This document shows positions 56,292-64,000 of a stretch of DNA of 64,000 nucleotides, one piece after another. The stretch spans positions 1 to 64,000 of the forward strand of contig JBQTHX010000014.1 in assembly GCA_052389415.1 (NCBI GenBank). The letters are read 5' to 3'. How positions within the stretch are numbered: position 1 is the stretch's first letter; each line of letters starts with the position of its first letter. Below the pieces are notes generated by a model. It worked only from the letters and a program-made list of their open reading frames with translations. It did no database searches and had not been told where the DNA came from. The stretch is from Nitrosopumilaceae archaeon. Its GTDB lineage: Archaea; Thermoproteota; Nitrososphaeria; Nitrososphaerales; Nitrosopumilaceae. The position numbers were made by a program, and so were the translations under genes.

Positions 56292-58223
56292 ATGACACTC
56301 GCAGGGATAGAATTACGTTATCTAGTAAATGAGATCTTTAGAAAAATTGATGGTTATTACGTGAGTAACATTTATGGAATTAATCGCAATAGCTTGCTTT
56401 TCAAGTTACATCATCCGGAAAAACCTGACATTTTACTCATGTTCTCCACATTTGGATTCTGGATTACTACAATCAAAATTGAGCAAATCGAAGAAAATAG
56501 GTTAGTAAAGCGATTAAGAAACGATCTTCTTAGATCGAAAATTTCTTCAATAAAACAAATAGGTGCAGAGAGGATTGTTTATCTAACATTTAGCACGTTA
56601 GAACAAGAGTTTGTCCTTATTGGAGAATTTTTTGGTGATGGGAACATTATTTTATGTGATAAAAATATGAAAGTAGCTGCTCTTTTGCATTCTATAGATG
56701 TAAGGCACAGGAAATTAAATGTTGGATCAAATTATGAGCCGCCACCACAAAGCGGTTTAGATATTTTTGATATCACAATGAAAGATCTAATCGGAATTTT
56801 GTCTGTTTCAACGCCTGTAGTAAGATGGATAGGTAGATCATTAGGTATTCCATCAAAATATGCTGAAGAGATTACGAGACTTGCAGAAATAGATCCATTA
56901 AAACCTGGGAGCAGTATTTCTGAAAAAGAAGTGGAGAAACTTCTTATTATAATCAAAGAGTTGGTAGAAAAAGTTGTAAATGGAATTCATGATCCGATGT
57001 TAGTAAAAACTGAAAAAAGTACGGATGTATTTCCCATAAAACTTGGCAATATTGAAAGCATGAATTGCATTAAGGTTGCAAGTTTTATGGAAGGGTTGGA
57101 CACACTTTTTACAAAAAATCTTCTTGAACAAGGCAAATTGTCCCAAGCAGATACTGTATTACAAAAAATTGAGGAATTTGAACACAAATTAGAAGAACAA
57201 ATTAAAGCCATATCAGCAGTCAAAGAAAAAGCTGGTTACATTTCTACTATAGCGAAATCATTATGGGATCTAATTTCAGATGGTCAAACCTCAATTGAAA
57301 GCATTAAGGTAATAGATACACTCAGAAACCAAAACGCAGTTTTCGTAAAAGAGAGGGGCATTTCATTTATAGATATTAACGGTGAAAGAATTCGAATAAG
57401 CCCAGATTCGTCGTTGCAAGCTATTGCCTCAACATTATTTAATGAATCAAAAAGACAGGCAAATGCAGTCAATGATATAGAAATAGCAAAAAGAGAAACT
57501 GAAAAGAGTCTAGAAAGGTTTAGAAAACAAGAGAGTATTGCAAAAGATTCTGTCGTGTTTACTGTACAGAAAAAAAGAGAATGGTATGAAAGGTATAGAT
57601 GGTTTTTCACCTCCGATGGTCTTTTAGCAATTGGTGGTCGTGATGCGTCATCTAATTCATCAGTCATAAGAAAACACCTTGAAAATGATGACAAGGTGTT
57701 TCATGCAGAAATCTTTGGTTCACCATTTTTTCTTTTGAAGAAAAGTTCAGAGTCTAATATGAATAGTATTTTAGAAACTGCGCAAGCAACTGTTTGTTTT
57801 AGTAGAACGTGGAGAGAAGGGCTATATGGATTGTCTTCATATTGGGTAAATCCAGACCAAATAAAGACAGCAGCTCCAAGTGGTCAATTCATTGCAAAAG
57901 GTTCTTTCATTGTAGAAGGCAAGAGAAATTTTGTTAAAGTAAGCAGCATGCGCTTGGCTATTGGTCTTTTAGAAAAAAATGAAAGGTATTCTTTGATGTG
58001 TGGACCACCTGAACCTGTTAAAAAAAACTGCATTTATTATGTCATGATTGAACCATCAGGTTTTGAGATGGTAGAAATTGCCAAAAAAATAAAACTTGAA
58101 TTTCTCAAGTTTAAAGAAAAAGAGGATGTTATCAAGTCAATTAGCATGGATGATTTTACTCGAGTAATACCTGCTGGCGATAGCCATATTGTTGAATCTG
58201 GTGTTGGTCTTGCATACAAATAA
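56292..58223 (+). CDS. NFACT-family ribosome quality-control protein (Rqc2/NEMF-like)
   Basis: ERIV, EFFGDGNIIL.D, WYERYRWFFTSDG.L.IGGRDA..N, FHAEI.GSP, GSFIV.GKRN. Confidence 0.92.
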   Translation: MTLAGIELRYLVNEIFRKIDGYYVSNIYGINRNSLLFKLHHPEKPDILLMFSTFGFWITTIKIEQIEENRLVKRLRNDLLRSKISSIKQIGAERIVYLTFSTLEQEFVLIGEFFGDGNIILCDKNMKVAALLHSIDVRHRKLNVGSNYEPPPQSGLDIFDITMKDLIGILSVSTPVVRWIGRSLGIPSKYAEEITRLAEIDPLKPGSSISEKEVEKLLIIIKELVEKVVNGIHDPMLVKTEKSTDVFPIKLGNIESMNCIKVASFMEGLDTLFTKNLLEQGKLSQADTVLQKIEEFEHKLEEQIKAISAVKEKAGYISTIAKSLWDLISDGQTSIESIKVIDTLRNQNAVFVKERGISFIDINGERIRISPDSSLQAIASTLFNESKRQANAVNDIEIAKRETEKSLERFRKQESIAKDSVVFTVQKKREWYERYRWFFTSDGLLAIGGRDASSNSSVIRKHLENDDKVFHAEIFGSPFFLLKKSSESNMNSILETAQATVCFSRTWREGLYGLSSYWVNPDQIKTAAPSGQFIAKGSFIVEGKRNFVKVSSMRLAIGLLEKNERYSLMCGPPEPVKKNCIYYVMIEPSGFEMVEIAKKIKLEFLKFKEKEDVIKSISMDDFTRVIPAGDSHIVESGVGLAYK

Positions 58224-58707
58224 GATAAGAAAACCAATATTTTTAGTAGATTCCATGTTGGGCAATCTTGCAAAGAAACTCAGAGTTTTGGGTTATGACT
58301 CTACATATTTCTCGTCGATTGAAGATGACAAACTAGTTACCATAGCAAAAAATGAAAAACGGATAATATTAACAAAAGATGAGCTTCTTTGTAAAACAGC
58401 ACAGAAACAGAACATTGATGCAATACTCATAAGAGGAAACGATGAGATTGAGCAAATTATGCAAGTGCATCAAAGTATAAAGTTTGAAAAATTTGTTATT
58501 GATACAAGTAATTCAAGATGTATTATTTGTAATGGCAAATTACAGCTAATAGAAAAATATCGAATCATAAACAAAATTCCAGAGGGAATTCTGGAAAGAG
58601 AAGAAAAATTTTGGATGTGTGAAGGATGTAAAAAGATCTACTGGGAAGGAACTCATTTTGAAAAACTTCAAGAATTTGCTAAAAAATTAAACAATAGAAT
58701 ACATTGA
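58210..58707 (+). CDS. Mut7-C RNase domain protein (DUF82)
   Basis: DSMLG.LAKKLR.LGYD, R..LTKD, RC..CNG.L, C..C.K.YW.GTH; start uncertain. Confidence 0.9.
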   Translation: MHTNKIRKPIFLVDSMLGNLAKKLRVLGYDSTYFSSIEDDKLVTIAKNEKRIILTKDELLCKTAQKQNIDAILIRGNDEIEQIMQVHQSIKFEKFVIDTSNSRCIICNGKLQLIEKYRIINKIPEGILEREEKFWMCEGCKKIYWEGTHFEKLQEFAKKLNNRIH

Positions 58708-59303
58708 GCCTTTCAGATGACGATGGAGAATTTTTAGTAAAAACAGCTAGATCGGTAGTAACAGAATTTCTCAAATCAAGAAAAAGATTGGTTTTGTCCG
58801 AGGATTTTAAGTCTAGATTTTCTTACAAATCTGGTGTTTTTGTTACTTTAAACAAAGTAGATGAACTTAGAGGATGCATTGGTTTTCCCACTCCAGAAAG
58901 AATATTACATCAATCACTTGTAGATGCTGCTATTGCATCTGCTATAGAGGACCCTCGGTTTCCTCCAGTAAGATACGAAGAATTATCAAATATTTCCTTT
59001 GAGATAACCGTGTTAACACCTCCTTGGATGATTAGTGTAGAACATCCACAGGAATATCCAAGAAAAATAAAAGTAGGAAGAGATGGCTTGATTATCAGAT
59101 GGGAATTTGGTTCAGGTCTGCTTTTACCACAAGTACCTGTGGAATATGGGTGGGATGAAGAAGAGTTTCTAAATCATGCATGTGAAAAAGCGGGTGCTAA
59201 TCAAGATTGTTGGAAGCAGAAAAATACAAAAATATTTAGATTTGAGGGGATTGTTTTCAAGGAGACTAGTCCAAACGGAAGAATTGTACGAATTCAATTA
59301 TAG
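58704..59303 (+). CDS. AMMECR1-domain protein (TIGR00296)
   Basis: GVFVTL, LRGCIG, DPRFPP, GLLLPQVP. Confidence 0.95.
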   Translation: MSLSDDDGEFLVKTARSVVTEFLKSRKRLVLSEDFKSRFSYKSGVFVTLNKVDELRGCIGFPTPERILHQSLVDAAIASAIEDPRFPPVRYEELSNISFEITVLTPPWMISVEHPQEYPRKIKVGRDGLIIRWEFGSGLLLPQVPVEYGWDEEEFLNHACEKAGANQDCWKQKNTKIFRFEGIVFKETSPNGRIVRIQL

Positions 59304-59681
59304 TATTTTGCAATTTTCCGTATCAAGTAGAATTTTTTTTCCATCCTCTATAGAATCATAGTCTTTGTTTGTTGCCATAACAAGTGGGATGTTCGCTAGA
59401 GCACAACCTGATGCAGTAGTAATATCAACTTTTTGACATATCATAGCTCTGGGCGCACATTTATTTGATTTAAGAGAGTATATCGTATAAGCACCTACAC
59501 TACTACCAACTCCGAAAGGGAAAATAAGAATTTTGTCTGCAATCGATTTACCAAAAAGATCGTGTTTTTCGTCTCTTATCTTACCCGTATTTTTGTCAAC
59601 CGCCCCAAGAAAGTTGATCGGTTTTATTGCTATCATAGCTTGCCCTTGAGCATTTCCTTTAACTATTACTTTTATTGTCAT
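59298..59681 (-). CDS. Aconitase X swivel subunit (phosphomevalonate dehydratase small subunit)
   Basis: FLG.VD..TG, GSSVGAY, LANIP; translationally coupled to the AcnX large subunit. Confidence 0.88.
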   Translation of the reverse strand: MTIKVIVKGNAQGQAMIAIKPINFLGAVDKNTGKIRDEKHDLFGKSIADKILIFPFGVGSSVGAYTIYSLKSNKCAPRAMICQKVDITTASGCALANIPLVMATNKDYDSIEDGKKILLDTENCKIL

Positions 59682-60832
59682 TTAGTTTCCTCCCGAATAA
59701 TTTGAGTTAGACTTTTAAGATTTACATCAACACCGTTTGATGTTTTCAAATAATATGCTCCTTTAACACTATTTGTAATTACTCCATCAACGTCTTTTTT
59801 GTCAATCAAGGGTGTAAGACAAATACAACAATCAGAAAGAAGTTCCCCTCTGGCATGTTCAATCTCTTTAGTATATCCTGCACGTTGTGCTTGTTCCTGA
59901 ACTGTTCTTGGGCAAAAAATCATGCATCTTTTTTTGAAAATTTTTCCTTTCAACATTATAGAAAGATCAGATAACTCGTCTAAACCAAGTTGGGGACTAC
60001 CTAGTGTAATTATATCACCAGAGTCTGTTGTGTTTAGTTCATCATGGATTTTTTGTGCTTCTTCTTTATCAAAATCTATGGTTTCTCCCTTGGCTTCACC
60101 AAAAGTAAACATTCCACATGTACCAGAAGTACCCATTCCAGCACAAAGTGATTTACAACTACGTCTATCAGGTTCCTTTACACCAGAAATTGCAACAGAA
60201 GATCCTGCAACTTTTCCCGCAAAATATCCAAGCATGCCAAAGGTCAGCTCATCCTTTGGTTGAGTTTTCAGTCGTATTGTGAGGTTTGGATTTCTTGAAT
60301 CATCGTTTCTAAGGTCAGAAAAAGGACTTTTGCCAGTCAACGCACTTGCTAGGGCACTAAAAGCGCCTTCCTTGTTTGTTTTAAGATTAGCTAGTGAATT
60401 TGCATAAATTGCTGCATTACTTTCAGCAAAGGCAACGTGTGTCCCCCCTTTTGGTAATTCGAATATCTCATATGGGATACATGAAAAAGATTGTACCGCA
60501 CCCATTTTTTCGTAGGAATTTTTTATGCTGTTTTGTTTCTTGATAAAATTCTCTGAGATGTTATATTCTGAAACAGTGTCTGGATCAAAACCCATTGGAT
60601 TAACTGTAGTTTTCACTTTAAATTTTGAGTCTATGCTAAGATTTGCAAGAAATTCTTCTCCTGCATCACCAATTGTGTTATAGTTAACTCCGGAAAGATG
60701 AGCCCATTCAATTGGAAGTAAACGAGTTGCATTTGTAGCTTCACCAATTGCTACCAAAACACGGTATGCGAGTGAAAGTGTTTCTCCATAATCACCTTTT
60801 AGAGCTGCTTCTTCCTCTTTTGTTAATTCCAA
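59678..60832 (-). CDS. Aconitase X catalytic subunit (phosphomevalonate dehydratase large subunit)
   Basis: AHLSGVNY, SCIPY, ESNA...NS, DCC, TNS.K.AYY. Confidence 0.88.
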   Translation of the reverse strand: MELTKEEEAALKGDYGETLSLAYRVLVAIGEATNATRLLPIEWAHLSGVNYNTIGDAGEEFLANLSIDSKFKVKTTVNPMGFDPDTVSEYNISENFIKKQNSIKNSYEKMGAVQSFSCIPYEIFELPKGGTHVAFAESNAAIYANSLANLKTNKEGAFSALASALTGKSPFSDLRNDDSRNPNLTIRLKTQPKDELTFGMLGYFAGKVAGSSVAISGVKEPDRRSCKSLCAGMGTSGTCGMFTFGEAKGETIDFDKEEAQKIHDELNTTDSGDIITLGSPQLGLDELSDLSIMLKGKIFKKRCMIFCPRTVQEQAQRAGYTKEIEHARGELLSDCCICLTPLIDKKDVDGVITNSVKGAYYLKTSNGVDVNLKSLTQIIREETK

Positions 60833-60911
60833 TAAGATATTCTAATCTGTACTGTATAAAATACTTGCATGGTCTTTATCCTTATAATACAAACTAATGT
60901 AATCAGAATAA

Positions 60912-61565
60912 ATGAAAAAAATTATCAGTGGAATGATAAAGACGATGAATTCCGTAAAACCTCCAAGAATGACTGCACTTAGAGAGTTGCGTGAAGCAGA
61001 GAATGGCGAGCCTCTCAGCATACTTATTGGAACAATACTTTCTGCAAGAACAAGAGATGAAAACACATCTGCTGTTGTCAAAAAACTATTTTCAAAGTAC
61101 AACACTGCACGTTCACTTGCTAGAGCCAAAGTCTCAGATGTAGAGAAAATAATAAAGTCGACAGGATTTTATCATATAAAGGCAAGAAGGATAATTGAAG
61201 TTGCGTCGATCATCGATTTGAAATATCATGGCAAAGTGCCTGATAGTTTGAATGAATTACTGAAACTACCAGGAGTTGGCAGAAAAACAGCAAACTGTGT
61301 TCTAGTTTACGCATTTGAAAAACCGGCTATACCCGTTGATACGCATGTACATAGGATCTCAAATAGACTGGGTATAGTTGAAACAAAAACGCCAGAAGAG
61401 ACAGAATTAGCACTAATGAAAAAAGTTCCAAGAAAATTCTGGCTGCAGATAAATGACACATTTGTAATGTATGGTCAAAATATTTGCAAGCCAATATCCC
61501 CTATGTGTAATATTTGTCAGATAGCAAATGAATGTAAATATTACAAGATTAATTTCGTTTCTTAG
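60912..61565 (+). CDS. nth: Endonuclease III
   Basis: HhH LPGVGRKTAN, VDTHV.R, C.P..P.C..C.....C FeS cluster motif. Confidence 0.95.
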   Translation: MKKIISGMIKTMNSVKPPRMTALRELREAENGEPLSILIGTILSARTRDENTSAVVKKLFSKYNTARSLARAKVSDVEKIIKSTGFYHIKARRIIEVASIIDLKYHGKVPDSLNELLKLPGVGRKTANCVLVYAFEKPAIPVDTHVHRISNRLGIVETKTPEETELALMKKVPRKFWLQINDTFVMYGQNICKPISPMCNICQIANECKYYKINFVS

Positions 61566-62217
61566 TTTTGAGTAATATTAGAATAATAACTCCAACACCA
61601 GCAGCAAGAATGTATGGCAGAAAAAACAATGGATTAGCAGCTGGATTCCCAGAGACAATATTGAGTATTACATCTCCTGATGTAGTCGCAGGAGGATCTG
61701 TTGATGATTCCATACCATAAACAGAAAAATCTTTTATTTTATAATTATCAAGACTTAAGTTAGAAACAACAATTCTTTTTCCGTTATTTATTGTCAAACC
61801 ATTATCATCAGCATAAACAACAATTATTTCCTCGTCATATTTCCAACCAGCTAATTCTTGATCATGAAGAACAGCATATCCTACATCAGGATTTTGTACT
61901 GCAACCCAGAATTTCATATCTGGTGCTCCACCCATTCCAATTTCAACAAATTTTGTCCTATCTTCGTTATCATAGAATCGTATGACTCCATTACCCTGAG
62001 GATTTGCATATACTAGCTGGTTTTTTATGTTAAGCTGCCAATTCGTCTGATGTGTGTTTTCAAACGAACCACTGTATGAATTACGGTTTATTACATTGAA
62101 TTTTTCATATGGAATGTTGATAGATTCCATAAGTACAGAGGGATTTGATTGAATTTGTGCATAAACAGGAAAATTTGAAATTAGGAGTAAAAAGGACAGG
62201 ACAAGAATTTTTTGCAT
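61549..62217 (-). CDS. Secreted protein with C-terminal membrane anchor
   Basis: Signal peptide ending PVYA, beta-rich body, C-terminal TM plus KTKKR tail. Confidence 0.75.
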   Translation of the reverse strand: MQKILVLSFLLLISNFPVYAQIQSNPSVLMESINIPYEKFNVINRNSYSGSFENTHQTNWQLNIKNQLVYANPQGNGVIRFYDNEDRTKFVEIGMGGAPDMKFWVAVQNPDVGYAVLHDQELAGWKYDEEIIVVYADDNGLTINNGKRIVVSNLSLDNYKIKDFSVYGMESSTDPPATTSGDVILNIVSGNPAANPLFFLPYILAAGVGVIILILLKTKKRN

Positions 62218-62248
62218 AAATTTAGCAAAACTTGGTTTTGATGAAAAT

Positions 62249-63403
62249 CTAGTCAACAAACGGTTTATCCCAATTCATGATAATTTTTGATATCTCTGGA
62301 CGGATCATATATTCAGATGGAGTTTGTCCTTCAAGTATCATAGTTCGTAATTTAGTACCACTTAGTTGTTCTTGAAATTCAGCTCCGTGCGGACAGTTTT
62401 TTTCACTTGCAAAAGAGAGACATTTTTTGCAATAAAAAAATGCAGGATAAAAGATTGGCTCAATTTCAAGATCAGGATAATCACTAAATATTTTTTGTGC
62501 AGCAAAGGGATCGTAGAAGGTTCCAACTCCAGCATGATCACGACCAATAATAATATGGGTACAACCAAAGTTTTTTCTCATTATTGCATGATGAATTGCT
62601 TCTTTTGGTCCTGCATATCTCATCTCTGTATGAAGGGTTGTTAGATAACACCTATTTTCTGGATAATAATGTTTGATCAATGATTCGTATGAGCTTACTA
62701 TAACTTCGTCTGTAAAATCGCCAGATTTTTTCTTTCCTATAAGTGGATTAATAAAAAGACCATCATGTGTGTTAAGAGATGCTTTTTGAAGCATCTCATG
62801 TGCTACATGTGGTACGTTTCTCGTTTGAAATGCTACAATAGTCTTCCATCCAGCATTTTTAAAAAATGCTCTTGTATCCATTGGGGTTTTTCGATATTTC
62901 CGTATAGGAATTTCTTTAGGTCTTTTTATATAATCAATCTTTCCTGATACTAAGACATCTCGCATAGACATGGTTTTTGTTACACCTGGATGTTTGGGAT
63001 CAGTTGTTCCATAGACACCTGTTGAGGTAACAGTTTTATCAAAAGTATAAGCCTCTTCTACCTGTAAAATAGCAATAGCATCACCATCAGGGTTCTTCAG
63101 TAGCACGTCTCCCGCCTCTTTCATTTTTGTAGCAGTTTGCTTATCAACATCTAAGACTATTGGTACTGTCCAAGGAACGCCATTTGATAATCTACCTTTA
63201 CTAACTACACTTTCAAAGTCTCCTTGTGACAGAAATCCTTCGATTGGACTAAAAATGCCATCTGCAATGTTTTCAACGTCATTTGCAAGATCTGAATCAA
63301 TTGAAATAGCAAACATTCCAGAGGGATTTTTTGTTGTAATCCTGTTTACTAATTTACCACCGTGTGGGATAGCAACACCGTTGTTTTTTTCCAAAAAATT
63401 CAC
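62249..63403 (-). CDS. sat: Sulfate adenylyltransferase
   Basis: [35 protein letters not shown]. Confidence 0.96.
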   Translation of the reverse strand: MNFLEKNNGVAIPHGGKLVNRITTKNPSGMFAISIDSDLANDVENIADGIFSPIEGFLSQGDFESVVSKGRLSNGVPWTVPIVLDVDKQTATKMKEAGDVLLKNPDGDAIAILQVEEAYTFDKTVTSTGVYGTTDPKHPGVTKTMSMRDVLVSGKIDYIKRPKEIPIRKYRKTPMDTRAFFKNAGWKTIVAFQTRNVPHVAHEMLQKASLNTHDGLFINPLIGKKKSGDFTDEVIVSSYESLIKHYYPENRCYLTTLHTEMRYAGPKEAIHHAIMRKNFGCTHIIIGRDHAGVGTFYDPFAAQKIFSDYPDLEIEPIFYPAFFYCKKCLSFASEKNCPHGAEFQEQLSGTKLRTMILEGQTPSEYMIRPEISKIIMNWDKPFVD

Positions 63404-64000
63404 TTGTTACCGTGATCTGCATGTAATCCGCATTCTTTTTCTGGATCGGTTTCCCACCACCAACGACCTGCTCGTAAATCTTCACCTGGTTTGATTGCGC
63501 GAGTGCAAGGTTCACAACCAATACTTGGATAACCTTTGTCATGCAATTTGTTGTAAGGAATCTTATTTGCTTTGATATAATCCCATACTTGTTCCCATTT
63601 CCAGTCAATAATTGGGTTTACTTTGATCATGTTGTTATGTTGTTCATCTATCTCAATTTTTTTGGCGTCTGATCTATTCTGTGTTTGATCACTCCTTAAT
63701 CCGGTTATCCATCCATCAATGGTTGAAAGCATCTTATTAAGTGGATGAACCTTTCGTATTCCACAGCAAAGCTTTCTGTTACCGATGCTTTGATAGAATA
63801 AATTCATTCCATTTACTTTTACCATTTGCTCAACTTCATTTTGTTCTGGAAACATGACTTCAATGTGCATATTGTATTTGTTTCGTATTTCATCCATCAC
63901 ATCATATGTCTCCTGATTGAGTCTACCTGTATCAAGTGTAAATACTCTGGATTTTGGATTTATCTTCATCAACATATCTATAATCACCACATCCTCTGCA
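63400..64000 (-). CDS. cysH: Thioredoxin-dependent APS/PAPS reductase, 5'-partial
   Basis: [34 protein letters not shown]; CC..CxxC implies a 4Fe-4S APS-type enzyme. Confidence 0.93.
   Translation of the reverse strand, partial: AEDVVIIDMLMKINPKSRVFTLDTGRLNQETYDVMDEIRNKYNMHIEVMFPEQNEVEQMVKVNGMNLFYQSIGNRKLCCGIRKVHPLNKMLSTIDGWITGLRSDQTQNRSDAKKIEIDEQHNNMIKVNPIIDWKWEQVWDYIKANKIPYNKLHDKGYPSIGCEPCTRAIKPGEDLRAGRWWWETDPEKECGLHADHGNK

Overview
AT-rich archaeal chromosomal segment. Gene content (GatDE, aIF-2 alpha/gamma, CDC48, AglB, PriS/PriL, ESCRT-III CdvB, anaerobic cobalamin genes, bacterial-type MetK, GrpE-DnaK-DnaJ, AcnX-type mevalonate dehydratase) points to an ammonia-oxidising Nitrososphaerota (Thaumarchaeota, Nitrosopumilales-like); this is inferred from gene content and recalled homologs, not from a search. 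The window is mostly core genome: about 60 CDS, the SRP (7S) RNA and three tRNAs. Most notable: (1) tRNA-Gln(TTG) has a 17-nt BHB intron at non-canonical position 10/11 whose splice helix uses acceptor-stem bases, and its short leader carries a second copy of the acceptor 5' strand that could act as a decoy; (2) a ~3-kb accessory block inside the cobalamin region ends in a 30-codon fragment resembling the N-terminus of thaumarchaeal casposon-type Cas1; (3) a MurI-like racemase has both catalytic Cys replaced by Ser; (4) a degenerate nucleotide-sugar dehydrogenase, a PIN/Fcf1 gene split at an A9 run, an EMC6-like membrane protein and three micro-ORFs missing from the ORF track. No CRISPR array or intact transposase/integrase was seen. 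All product calls come from motif recognition by eye.
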